A DNA stretch of 64,000 nt from NCBI GenBank assembly GCA_944388795.1, contig CALXKD010000004.1, positions 9,633-73,632 on the forward strand, written 5' to 3'. Positions 8,912 through 18,259 of this stretch are shown here, piece after piece (the stretch's first letter is position 1; every line of letters begins with the position of its first letter). The position numbers and the translations under genes were made by a program. The DNA is from an uncultured Clostridia bacterium (GTDB lineage Bacteria > Bacillota > Clostridia > TANB77 > CAG-508). The notes below the pieces were generated by a model. It made no database searches and was not told the DNA's origin. It worked only from the letters and a program-made list of their open reading frames with translations.

Positions 8912-10657
8912 ATGAAAAAAGTAATAATAGATTCACTAAAAAAATATAAATTTAGTTCGTTAATACATTTTATATTTATAGGATTAAATATATATCTATT
9001 AACAATCCCTGCAAAAATTATAGGGGATATTGTTGATATGTTATATGATATAGAAGCAAATAGACAAAATATTATGAATAACATATATTTCCTTTTGGGA
9101 ATATGTGTTGTTTTGTTATCTGTTAGAATAGTATGGAAATATACAGAAACCGTTATTTCAAGAGGATTTGAAAGAGATATAAAGGTAAAATTGTTTGAAA
9201 GATTTCTGAAATTAAAATTAAAGGATATACAAAACATTAAAAATGGGGAGATTATGTCTTATTTCGTAAAAGATACAAACGAAATCAGAAGTGCTGTCTA
9301 TAGAATTATATCTCATGGGGCAAGAATTGTTTATACATTTATGATAGCGATTTATCAAATGGCAAGTGGCGTTAATATTTATTTAACTGTTGCCACAGTT
9401 ATTCCTATTTTAATTGCATCTTTTTTAATTGTAAAGATAAAAAATCAAGTAGAGAAAAGCTTTGCAAAGGCACAAGATCAATTTACAGAACTTTCTGAAT
9501 ATATACAAGAAAGTACAGATAGTATTCGAACAACAAAGGCATATGCTTGTGAAAAAACGCAATTAGAGGATTTTATTAAGAAAAATCGTAGAGTAAAGCA
9601 AAGTGATAATACGGTAGACATTTATTCCAATTTATTAACTACGACTGTTAATATATGTTTTGGACTATGTTATTCTATTGCACTATTATTTGGAGGAAAA
9701 TTAGTAGTTGATGGACAAATTACAGTAGGAGAATTGGTTACTTTTAATGGATATATCGGACTTTTTGTAGGACCTGTTAGCTGGATTCCGCCATTAATTG
9801 CAAGAATCAAAAGAGCACAAATATCTTATAGAAGATTAAATAAAGTGTTTGAATTAGATACAGAAAAAGTAAATGTAAGGGAAAAAGAAATAGAAAATAG
9901 ATTAGAAGGAAATATTACCATCAAGAATTTGAATTTCCATTATCCAGAAGTTATGGAAAATGCATTAGAGAATATTAATATTGAACTAAAAAAAGGAGAA
10001 ACATTAGGTATTATTGGAACAATTGGAAGTGGAAAGACAACACTGATGAATTTATTAACAAGGTTATATAGTATCCCAAGAGGAAAAATAGAAATTGATG
10101 GAAAAGATATTAATGATATACCAATAGAGGTATTAAGAGAAAACATTTGTTATATTACACAAGATAATTTCTTATTTTCTTCAACACTAAAGGATAATAT
10201 CAGTTTGTTTAAAGAGGAGTATAGAGCAGAAGAAATTAAAGATAGCACTAAAAAAGCAGTCATCTATGATGAAATATCTAAAATGCCAAAAGGGATTGAA
10301 ACAAAAATTGGGGAAAGAGGTGCTGACTTATCAGGAGGACAGAAACAAAGAGTGGCTATTTCAAGAGCATTTCTAAAAAATAGTCGTATACTTATTTTTG
10401 ATGATACATTTTCAGCTTTAGATAATAGAACTTCACAAACCTTATTAGAAAATATAAAACAATTTTCAGGAGAAAAAACTTGTATTATCATATCTAACAA
10501 AGTATCAGATGTAAAAGATAGTGATAAAATCATTGTTTTAAGTAATGGAAGTATCGTAGAAAAAGGAACACATGACGAATTAATTCATAAACATGGATTA
10601 TATAATGAATTTTATGAACAGCAATCCACAAAAGCTGAAGAAGGCATATTAGCATAG
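8912..10657 (+). CDS. ABC exporter, fused TMD-NBD half transporter (degenerate-site subunit of a heterodimer)
   Basis: Six-helix N-terminal TMD. Walker A GTIGSGKTT, signature LSGGQKQR, Walker B ILIFDD followed by T rather than the catalytic Glu. That matches the degenerate-site subunits of heterodimeric exporters such as the TM287/LmrC class. Confidence 0.85.
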   Translation: MKKVIIDSLKKYKFSSLIHFIFIGLNIYLLTIPAKIIGDIVDMLYDIEANRQNIMNNIYFLLGICVVLLSVRIVWKYTETVISRGFERDIKVKLFERFLKLKLKDIQNIKNGEIMSYFVKDTNEIRSAVYRIISHGARIVYTFMIAIYQMASGVNIYLTVATVIPILIASFLIVKIKNQVEKSFAKAQDQFTELSEYIQESTDSIRTTKAYACEKTQLEDFIKKNRRVKQSDNTVDIYSNLLTTTVNICFGLCYSIALLFGGKLVVDGQITVGELVTFNGYIGLFVGPVSWIPPLIARIKRAQISYRRLNKVFELDTEKVNVREKEIENRLEGNITIKNLNFHYPEVMENALENINIELKKGETLGIIGTIGSGKTTLMNLLTRLYSIPRGKIEIDGKDINDIPIEVLRENICYITQDNFLFSSTLKDNISLFKEEYRAEEIKDSTKKAVIYDEISKMPKGIETKIGERGADLSGGQKQRVAISRAFLKNSRILIFDDTFSALDNRTSQTLLENIKQFSGEKTCIIISNKVSDVKDSDKIIVLSNGSIVEKGTHDELIHKHGLYNEFYEQQSTKAEEGILA

Positions 10658-10721
10658 ATGTATTTTATGAAACAAAAGAAAGGAGAAATATATAGCCCAT
10701 AGGTTGTATATATAAAGAAAA

Positions 10722-12473
10722 ATGAAAAATCAAACCTTACATAGAATCTATAAAATGTTAAAACCACAAAAAAAGGCGATAATCATTATTTCTATATTAT
10801 CTATTTTAATTAGTATATGTGAAGTTATCAGACCATATCTAATTAAAATTGTTATTGATGATTATTTAAGTGCTGGCTTATGGCAAAAAGGTGTTATGAC
10901 AATTGGGATTATTGGAGGTATTTACATAGCACTTGTATTAATTGGAAATATTTTAGATTTTGTTGTAACAACAGCCACTACTATGACAGGAGAAAATGTT
11001 ATTTATTCTATTAGAAACAAACTATATAAATATGCACAATATGCCAATATGAAATTTCATGATAAAACACCAGCAGGAACATTGTTTGTAAGAATAACCA
11101 ATGATGTAGAAGATATTACAACAATGTTTAAAGATGTAATTACTACCTTCGCAAAAGATGTAGTAATGATTATTGCGTTAATTGTCATTATGTTATCAAT
11201 AGACTATAAATTGGCTTTATTATGTTTTGCAATTATTCCATTTGTTATTTTAACCTCTGTTATTATCACAAGAATTAGTAATAAAGTAAGAGAGTATTCT
11301 AAAAATGTAAAGACAAAATTAAATGTATTTTTGGCAGAATCTATATATGGAGTAAAAATCATAAAGATTTTTAACAGGCAATTTGAAAAAGAAAAAGAAT
11401 GTGAGGAATTATCACAAGAATTTTATAAATCAAGAATACCAACAGCATTTACAGAGGGATTTTTAATTGGTATGATGACAGCTTTTGAAAATATTGGAGT
11501 AGCGGTCATTGTTTGGGCTTGTGTAAATCATGTATTTCATATTAGTCTAGAGGTGGGGGTTATCTATGTATTTATTACATATTTGAAACAAATCTTTGAA
11601 CCGATTAACCGTATTGTAGAAAATTTTGAAACGATTCAAGAAGCAGTGGTATCTATTAATAAGATTTATGACATTCTAGACCATAAAGAATATTTGGAGA
11701 ACTTTGAGGATGGACAAACATTAGAAAAAATAAAAGGAAAGATTGAATTTAAACATGTATGGTTTGCCTATAAAGATGAAGATTGGGTTTTAAAGGATGT
11801 TAGCTTTACCATAGAACCAGGACAAAGTATTGCTTTAGTGGGAAAAACTGGTTCAGGAAAAACAACAATTATCAATTTAATTAATAGATTTTATGAGATT
11901 CAAAAAGGAGAAATCTTACTAGATGGTGTTAATATTAAAGACATGAATTTGCGATATCTTAGAAAACAGATTGGTATTGTTTTACAAGATCCATTTATCT
12001 TTGCAAAAACCATTAGAGAAAATATAGAATTAAATGATAACTTGTCAGATGAATACATTGAACAAATTATAAAGTTATCTTCTGCAGATGAATTTGTGAA
12101 TTCCTTACCAAATGGTTTGGATGAAGTCGCAAGTGAAAGGGGAAATTCTTATTCAGCAGGAGAAAAACAATTATTAGCATTTGCTAGAATTTTTGCACAT
12201 AATCCATCTATCTTTATTTTAGATGAGGCAACAGCAAATATTGATACAAAAACAGAAGCATTAATTCAAAAATCAGTGGATGTCTTATCAAAAGAAAAAA
12301 CTTCTATTTTTATCGCACACAGATTATCTACAATTGTAAACGTTGATAAAATTATTGTATTAAGTAAGGGAGAAATCCTTGAACAAGGAAGTCATCATGA
12401 ATTATTACAAATACCAGATGGGTATTATAATAAATTGTATAATGCATATTATGAACAATTAATGGCTACATAA
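10722..12473 (+). CDS. ABC exporter, fused TMD-NBD half transporter (consensus-site partner)
   Basis: Walker A GKTGSGKTT, signature variant YSAGEKQ, Walker B IFILDEAT with the catalytic Glu, H-loop IAHRLST. Confidence 0.85.
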   Translation: MKNQTLHRIYKMLKPQKKAIIIISILSILISICEVIRPYLIKIVIDDYLSAGLWQKGVMTIGIIGGIYIALVLIGNILDFVVTTATTMTGENVIYSIRNKLYKYAQYANMKFHDKTPAGTLFVRITNDVEDITTMFKDVITTFAKDVVMIIALIVIMLSIDYKLALLCFAIIPFVILTSVIITRISNKVREYSKNVKTKLNVFLAESIYGVKIIKIFNRQFEKEKECEELSQEFYKSRIPTAFTEGFLIGMMTAFENIGVAVIVWACVNHVFHISLEVGVIYVFITYLKQIFEPINRIVENFETIQEAVVSINKIYDILDHKEYLENFEDGQTLEKIKGKIEFKHVWFAYKDEDWVLKDVSFTIEPGQSIALVGKTGSGKTTIINLINRFYEIQKGEILLDGVNIKDMNLRYLRKQIGIVLQDPFIFAKTIRENIELNDNLSDEYIEQIIKLSSADEFVNSLPNGLDEVASERGNSYSAGEKQLLAFARIFAHNPSIFILDEATANIDTKTEALIQKSVDVLSKEKTSIFIAHRLSTIVNVDKIIVLSKGEILEQGSHHELLQIPDGYYNKLYNAYYEQLMAT

Positions 12474-12521
12474 GTAAGCTTAGATATTAATAATTATTTA
12501 AATATAAAAAAATAAAAAGAA

Positions 12522-12569
12522 AAACAAATCGTCTATTTAAGTTAAGTAAGCGATTTGTTTATATTTTTA
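12522..12569 (+). terminator. Rho-independent terminator
   Basis: aaacaaatcg ...19 nt... cgatttgttt followed by atattttta. Confidence 0.7.
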
Positions 12570-12620
12570 TTCTAAAATATATAGATTTTATCTTTAGGAG
12601 TATCAAAAAATAAAAAATGG

Positions 12621-12649
12621 TTTACATTATCACAAAAAAGTGATATACT
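12621..12649 (+). promoter_or_regulatory. SigmaA-type promoter with an embedded inverted repeat
   Basis: TTTACA (12621-12626), 17-nt spacer, TATACT (12644-12649). The spacer contains tatcac-N6-gtgata. Confidence 0.5.
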
Positions 12650-12747
12650 AGTAATATCAATTTTTCAAGGAGAGAATGATGACAGAATTAAAAGACAAGT
12701 TCTGCATCATTTCATTTTATAATATTTTAATAAATGGAGGAGTTAAT

Positions 12748-14253
12748 ATGGCAAAGATTTTAGAAGATATTTCAAGAACATTTAATGAATTTTTACTATT
12801 ACCAAATTTAACAGATGAAAGATGTATACCAAACAAGGTATCTTTAAGAACACCACTTGTAAAATATAAAAAAGGAGAAGAAGCAAAATATTATGCAAAT
12901 ATACCAATGGTATCTGCTATTATGCAATCTGTATCAGGAGTAGATATGGGTATCGCACTAGCTAGAGAAGGTGGTGTTGCATTTATCTATGGTTCACAAA
13001 GCATTGAATCACAAGCAGAAATGGTAAGACAAGTGAAAAAACATAAAGCAGGATTTATTATTAGTGACTCTAATGTAAAATCTGGTACACCATTAAAAGA
13101 TGTCATTGAATTAGTACAAGAAACAGGACATTCAACAGTTATGATTACAGAGGATGGAACAGCAAATGGTAAATTCATAGGTTTGGTGACAGATAAAGAT
13201 TATCGTATATCTAGAGATGATATGGAAGCACCAATTGATCATTTTATGACACCAAAAGAAAAAGCTGTATGGGCACATGAAGGAATTTCTTTATCAGAAG
13301 CGAATGATTTAATATGGGAAAAGAAAATTGCTTGTTTGCCAATATTAACAGATGAAGGAAACTTAAAATATTTAGTATTTAGAAAAGATTATGAAGAGAG
13401 AAAGAATAATCCAAATTCATTATTAGACGAAAATAAAAGATATATTGTAGGTGCAGGTATTAATACGAGAGATCATGAAGAAAGAATACCAGCATTAGTA
13501 GATGCAGGTGTTGATTTAATTTGTATGGATTCTTCAGATGGATATTCTGTATGGCAAAAAAATACCATTGATTTTGTAAGAGCAAAATATGGAGATTCTG
13601 TTAAAATTGGTGCTGGAAATGTTGTAGATGCAGAAGGATTTAGATATTTAGCAGAAGCAGGAGCAGACTTCATTAAAGTAGGTGTTGGTGGAGGTTCTAT
13701 CTGTATCACACGTGAAACGAAAGGAATTGGACGTGGACAGGCCTCAGCTTTAATTGATGTAGTTGCAGAAAGAGATAAATATTTTGAAGAAACAGGAATT
13801 TATATTCCAGTTTGCTCAGATGGTGGAATTGTTCATGATCATCATATTACTATTGCGTTGGCATTAGGAGCAGATTTTGTTATGATGGGAAGATATTTTG
13901 CAAGATTTGATGAAAGCCCAACAAGAGTTGTAAAAAAAGGAAATGGTTATGTAAAAGAATATTGGGGAGAAGGATCTAATAGAGCAAGAAACTGGCAAAG
14001 ATATGATATGGGAGGAGATAAGAAACTTTCATTTGAAGAAGGTGTTGATTCATACATCCCATATGCAGGAAAATTAAAAGATAATTTAGATATTACTTGT
14101 GCAAAGATAAAATCAACAATGTGTAACTGTGGAAGTGTTACTATTCCTGAATTACATGAAAAAGCAAGATTAACATTGGTATCTGATGTTAGTATTTCAG
14201 AGGGAAGTGCACATGATGTTATTCTAAAAGAAATAGATAATCAATATAAATAA
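12748..14253 (+). CDS. IMP dehydrogenase family protein (long CBS-containing form with atypical active-site loop)
   Basis: Start at ATG 12748 behind GGAGG; the ORF-track start 12676 reads through the [14 protein letters not shown], a CBS pair region, and the catalytic-Cys loop [21 protein letters not shown] (canonical is [11 protein letters not shown]), plus SDGGI and MMGRYFA. Confidence 0.8.
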   Translation: MAKILEDISRTFNEFLLLPNLTDERCIPNKVSLRTPLVKYKKGEEAKYYANIPMVSAIMQSVSGVDMGIALAREGGVAFIYGSQSIESQAEMVRQVKKHKAGFIISDSNVKSGTPLKDVIELVQETGHSTVMITEDGTANGKFIGLVTDKDYRISRDDMEAPIDHFMTPKEKAVWAHEGISLSEANDLIWEKKIACLPILTDEGNLKYLVFRKDYEERKNNPNSLLDENKRYIVGAGINTRDHEERIPALVDAGVDLICMDSSDGYSVWQKNTIDFVRAKYGDSVKIGAGNVVDAEGFRYLAEAGADFIKVGVGGGSICITRETKGIGRGQASALIDVVAERDKYFEETGIYIPVCSDGGIVHDHHITIALALGADFVMMGRYFARFDESPTRVVKKGNGYVKEYWGEGSNRARNWQRYDMGGDKKLSFEEGVDSYIPYAGKLKDNLDITCAKIKSTMCNCGSVTIPELHEKARLTLVSDVSISEGSAHDVILKEIDNQYK

Positions 14254-14276
14254 AATAAGATGATATATACTAAAGG

Positions 14277-14318
14277 TTGAGATGGAAAACTTAAAAAGTA
14301 TTCCATCTCAATTTTTTA
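14277..14318 (+). terminator. Rho-independent terminator
   Basis: ttgagatggaa ...13 nt... ttccatctcaa followed by ttttttatt. Confidence 0.8.
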
Positions 14319-14515
14319 TTATAAAACAGAAAAATTAAAAAATGTTATTGTTTAGTTTAATTATATTTTAATACATTAGTAAAATTATATGTATATATAT
14401 GTTTATATAAATAGAAATTTAATATAAAATCATAGAAAAACAAAATAAAAAATCTTGACAAAAAAAGATTACAAATGTAATCTATACAAAAGGAAAAGAG
14501 GAGGAGTGATTTTAA

Positions 14516-15328
14516 ATGAAAAAAAATATTTTTGGCTTAATATTTATATTGGCACTGATAATCAATTTATTACCAATGGCAAAGGTGCAAGCAGTAATGA
14601 AAAATAACAACCCACTATTGAGAGATATAAAAATTGATGGACAAGCTATTGAACCACAATTTGACCAATTTATCACAGATTATGTCATAGCGATTGGTGA
14701 AGATAAAGACAAAATAGAAATAGAGGCAGTAACAGATGATCCAAATGCAATAGCAGAAGTCATAGGTGATACCAATTTAAAAACAGGGGTAAATGATTTT
14801 GAAATCAAAGTAACAGCAGAAGATGGAACAACTACAAATTCTTATTATTTACATATCACAAAAGGAGATCAAGAAAAGGCAAATGCAAATTTAAAAAGTC
14901 TAGAAGTAACGGGGATGCAATTAATTCCGGCATTTAATGATAAAGATATTAATTATCTTGTGGAATATGAAGGATATATAGAAAGTTTAGATATTGTAGC
15001 AACTCCTGAAAATGAAAATGCAAAAGTAGAGATATTGGATAATAATAATTTTAATAGTACACTTCATATTGTTACGGTAAAAGTGACGGCAGAAGATGGT
15101 GTTACAACAAAAGAATATAAATTGACAGCTAAAAAAGCAGGAGAAAGTGTTGAAGATCCAAGTGGATTAGAAGATTATGAAGCAGATTTAGAACAAGCAA
15201 AACAAGAAGAGCAAAAGAAAAATAATCAACAATATATTATTTGGGGAGGAATTGCATTCCTTATTTTAGTAGTGATTATTGTGTTAGTATTAATAGCAAA
15301 AAAAGGAAAGAAAAAAGTAGAAAAATAA
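14516..15328 (+). CDS. Membrane-anchored surface protein with two cadherin-like beta-sandwich domains
   Basis: Signal peptide MKKNIFGLIFILALIINLLPMAKVQA. Two copies of the pattern L..I/L.V.G..L.P.F......Y.V......I.I.A...D.NA.V.I...N....G.N...I.VTAEDG.T...Y.L. C-terminal TM helix IIWGGIAFLILVVIIVLVLIA followed by KKGKKK. Confidence 0.65.
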   Translation: MKKNIFGLIFILALIINLLPMAKVQAVMKNNNPLLRDIKIDGQAIEPQFDQFITDYVIAIGEDKDKIEIEAVTDDPNAIAEVIGDTNLKTGVNDFEIKVTAEDGTTTNSYYLHITKGDQEKANANLKSLEVTGMQLIPAFNDKDINYLVEYEGYIESLDIVATPENENAKVEILDNNNFNSTLHIVTVKVTAEDGVTTKEYKLTAKKAGESVEDPSGLEDYEADLEQAKQEEQKKNNQQYIIWGGIAFLILVVIIVLVLIAKKGKKKVEK

Positions 15329-15408
15329 ATTGCCAAAAAAAAGTATAAATGATATACTTAAGAAGAAAAAAGAGGATAAATATATTATCTTTAGAAAGGA
15401 ACAAAAAA

Positions 15409-18252
15409 ATGAAAATAGTAAAAAATGTTGTATTCATAAGTATTGTATGTATTTTAATTATATTAAGTTTTGGACAAGTGTCGAATGCTGCTAATACATA
15501 TTATCAATATGTAAAAACAGGAATTGATCAATTTCCTACATCTTATCAGGAAAGATTGCAACAATTAGCAAGTAAATATCCGAATTGGAATTTCCAAGCA
15601 TATTACACAGGAATTTCATGGGATGAATTAATGCAAAATGAAAGAGATGAAAATGTACACAGAAACCGTGTTATAAATAGTGCACCAGCATCTTGGAAAA
15701 ATAGTTGTGGATTTGTAGATGATAATGGCTATGCATGTGCCTCTGATGCAATTGTAGCATATTATTTAGATCCTAGAAATTTCTTAAATGAAACACAAAT
15801 ATTTCAATTTGTAGAAAGCTCTTATAATCCAGATGTGCAGACATTATCTGCAATCCAAGAATCTGTAAAGGGAACATTTTTAGATGCAACTATTACATGT
15901 AAGGACCTAAATAACAATCTAGTAACCATGTCTTATGCAGAAATGATTATCAAAGCTGCACAAGAATCTAATATAAGTGCTTTTTATATTAAAAGTAAAA
16001 TCATTCAAGAGGTAGGAAGTCAAGGAAGCGGTTCTGTTTCAGGAACATATCCGGGATATGAAGGATACTATAATTTCTACAATTTTGGAGCATATGACAC
16101 AGGAGATCCAATTGCAAATGGTTTACTATATGCAAAAGATAAAGGATGGGATAGTCCATATAAAGCAATTGTCGATGGAGCAAAATTAATAGGTAAAAAT
16201 TATATTGAGGCTGGACAAAACACAGCATACTTTAATAAATGGGATGTTGTAGGAACAAAAATATTAAGAGATGGAGAATCTCAAACAGTTAATAAGTCAG
16301 ATATGTTTTGGCATCAATATATGACAAATATTCAAGATCCAACATCACAATCATATTCAAATTATCAGCTATATAGCAATAGTTTGCAAAGTGAAATAAC
16401 ATTTATCATACCAGTATATGATAACATGCCAGCATCTAATCCAATGCCACAAGATGTACCGGTTGAAAGTATTTCTTTAAATAAAGATAAATTTGTAGTA
16501 AATATTGATGAAAAAGATGTAGCAACAGTTACCTTTAATCCAAGTAATGCAACAAATAAAAATGTAATTTGGGAAGTATCTGATCCAGAGATTGTCCGTG
16601 TATGGAATGGAGAATTTAGAGGATTAAAAGAAGGAAAAGTAACCATTACTGCTAAAACTGAAGATGGTGGAAAAACAGCTACTTGTGAAGTAATTGTAAG
16701 AAATCCTAATAAAAATTATGTAGAACAAATTGTGCTTCCACAATCACAATATATTGTTAACATTGATGACGCTGTTGATATTGAATATTCATGTTTACCA
16801 AAAGATAGTGAAAATACGAAATTAGTATGGACAACAGAAAACCCAGAAATTATTCGTGTATGGGATAATCGTTTCAGAGCATTACAAGAAGGAGTGGCAG
16901 AAGTGATTGCAACAACAGATGACGGAACAGTAGAAGCGAGATGTAAAGTCGTTGTAAGAGATCCAAATAAAACATATGTAGAACAAATAAATATTGAAAA
17001 AGAAAAATATTTTGCTTATGAAAATGAGGCGGTAGATATTAATTATACATGTTTACCAGAAAATAGTTCAAATACAGAATTAGATTGGACAACGGATAAC
17101 AACGAAGTAATTCGTGTATGGGGAAATCGATTTAGAGGATTACAAGAAGGAACTGCAACCATTTATGCTAGAACTAAGGATGGAACAGTAGAAGCAACAT
17201 GTGAAGTTGTTATAAGAGATCCAAATAAATCATATGTAGAAGATATTAGTTTTGAAAAAACATCTTATCTAGCAGATATTGATGAAGCAATTGATATACC
17301 ATACTCTTATACACCACAAGATTCAGTAAATGCAGAATTTGAATGGACAGCAACAAATCCAGAAGTCATCCGCGTATGGGGAAATCGTTTCAGAGCATTA
17401 CAAGAAGGAACATCTGATATTATTGTAAAAACATTAGATGGAAGTATTGAGAAGAGAATTTCAGTAGAAGTAAAAGATTTTAGTAAATACAAAGTAGAAG
17501 ATATTGTACTAGATAAAACGTCTTATACTATAGGAATTGACGAGGCGGTAGATATTCCATTTACTTATACACCACTGTATGCAGGAAATGCAGAATTTGA
17601 ATGGACAACAGAAAATCCAGAAATTATTCGTGTATGGGGAAATCGATTTAGAGGTTTAAAAGAAGGAACAGCAGAAGTAATTGTAAGAACGTTAGATGGC
17701 ACAATAGAAAAAAGAATTCAAGTGGAAGTGAAAGACAATAGTAAATATAAAGTAGAAGAAATTAACTTAGAACAAAAACAATATACAGTAAATTTGGATG
17801 AAGCAGTAGATATTCCGTTTACTTATACCCCTAACTATGCGTCAAATGCGGAATTTGAATGGACAACAGAAAATCCAGAAATTGTAAGAGTTTGGGGAAA
17901 TCGTTTTAGAGCATTACAAGAAGGTGTGGCAGAAGTAATTGTAAGAACATTAGATGGAACTGTAGAAGAAAGAATTAAAGTAATTGTGAGAGATCCAAAC
18001 AAAAACTATGTAAATGATATTTTGTTTGATCAAACAAAATATGAAGTAGAAGTAGATGAAGCAGTTGATATCCCATTTACATTTACTCCAGCAGATGCAG
18101 CAAACGCAGAATTTGAATGGACAACAGAAAATCCAGAAATTATCCGTGTATGGGGAAACCGTTTTAGAGCATTGCAAAAAGGAACTGCGGAAGTCATTGT
18201 AAGAACATTAGACGGAACGGTTGAAAAAAGATTACAAGTAACGGTAAAATAA
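15409..18252 (+). CDS. Secreted peptidoglycan hydrolase: glucosaminidase-like N-terminal domain + 7 Big_2 repeats
   Basis: Start at ATG 15409 (MKIVKNVVFISIV..., signal peptide ending SNA). N-terminal ~330 aa has IIQEVGSQGSGS...YYNFYNFGAYD, resembling the GH73/glucosaminidase family. Seven ~85-aa Ig-like group 2 units follow, each containing N(A)EFEWTTENPEI(I/V)RVWGNRFR(A/G)LQEG. Confidence 0.7.
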   Translation: MKIVKNVVFISIVCILIILSFGQVSNAANTYYQYVKTGIDQFPTSYQERLQQLASKYPNWNFQAYYTGISWDELMQNERDENVHRNRVINSAPASWKNSCGFVDDNGYACASDAIVAYYLDPRNFLNETQIFQFVESSYNPDVQTLSAIQESVKGTFLDATITCKDLNNNLVTMSYAEMIIKAAQESNISAFYIKSKIIQEVGSQGSGSVSGTYPGYEGYYNFYNFGAYDTGDPIANGLLYAKDKGWDSPYKAIVDGAKLIGKNYIEAGQNTAYFNKWDVVGTKILRDGESQTVNKSDMFWHQYMTNIQDPTSQSYSNYQLYSNSLQSEITFIIPVYDNMPASNPMPQDVPVESISLNKDKFVVNIDEKDVATVTFNPSNATNKNVIWEVSDPEIVRVWNGEFRGLKEGKVTITAKTEDGGKTATCEVIVRNPNKNYVEQIVLPQSQYIVNIDDAVDIEYSCLPKDSENTKLVWTTENPEIIRVWDNRFRALQEGVAEVIATTDDGTVEARCKVVVRDPNKTYVEQINIEKEKYFAYENEAVDINYTCLPENSSNTELDWTTDNNEVIRVWGNRFRGLQEGTATIYARTKDGTVEATCEVVIRDPNKSYVEDISFEKTSYLADIDEAIDIPYSYTPQDSVNAEFEWTATNPEVIRVWGNRFRALQEGTSDIIVKTLDGSIEKRISVEVKDFSKYKVEDIVLDKTSYTIGIDEAVDIPFTYTPLYAGNAEFEWTTENPEIIRVWGNRFRGLKEGTAEVIVRTLDGTIEKRIQVEVKDNSKYKVEEINLEQKQYTVNLDEAVDIPFTYTPNYASNAEFEWTTENPEIVRVWGNRFRALQEGVAEVIVRTLDGTVEERIKVIVRDPNKNYVNDILFDQTKYEVEVDEAVDIPFTFTPADAANAEFEWTTENPEIIRVWGNRFRALQKGTAEVIVRTLDGTVEKRLQVTVK
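16450..18249 (+). repeat. Tandem coding repeat array, 7 Big_2 units (~255 nt each)
   Basis: The string aatgcagaatttgaatggacaacagaaaatccagaaatt(a/g)t(t/a)(c/a)g(t/a)gt(a/t)tggggaaatcg recurs with a period of about 255-261 nt. Confidence 0.85.
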
Positions 18253-18259
18253 GAGGGGG

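Noticed and set aside
8809-9237. 142-aa minus-strand ORF
   Set aside because: It is antisense to the start of a well-supported ABC exporter gene and to its leader. It has AT-rich codon-bias artefact composition (F/I/N-rich) and no RBS.
8912-12473. ABC pair as a bacteriocin or peptide exporter for the upstream 53-aa ORF
   Set aside because: Neither protein has an N-terminal C39 peptidase domain. The small ORF has no double-glycine leader. The architecture fits a generic heterodimeric multidrug/lipid exporter.
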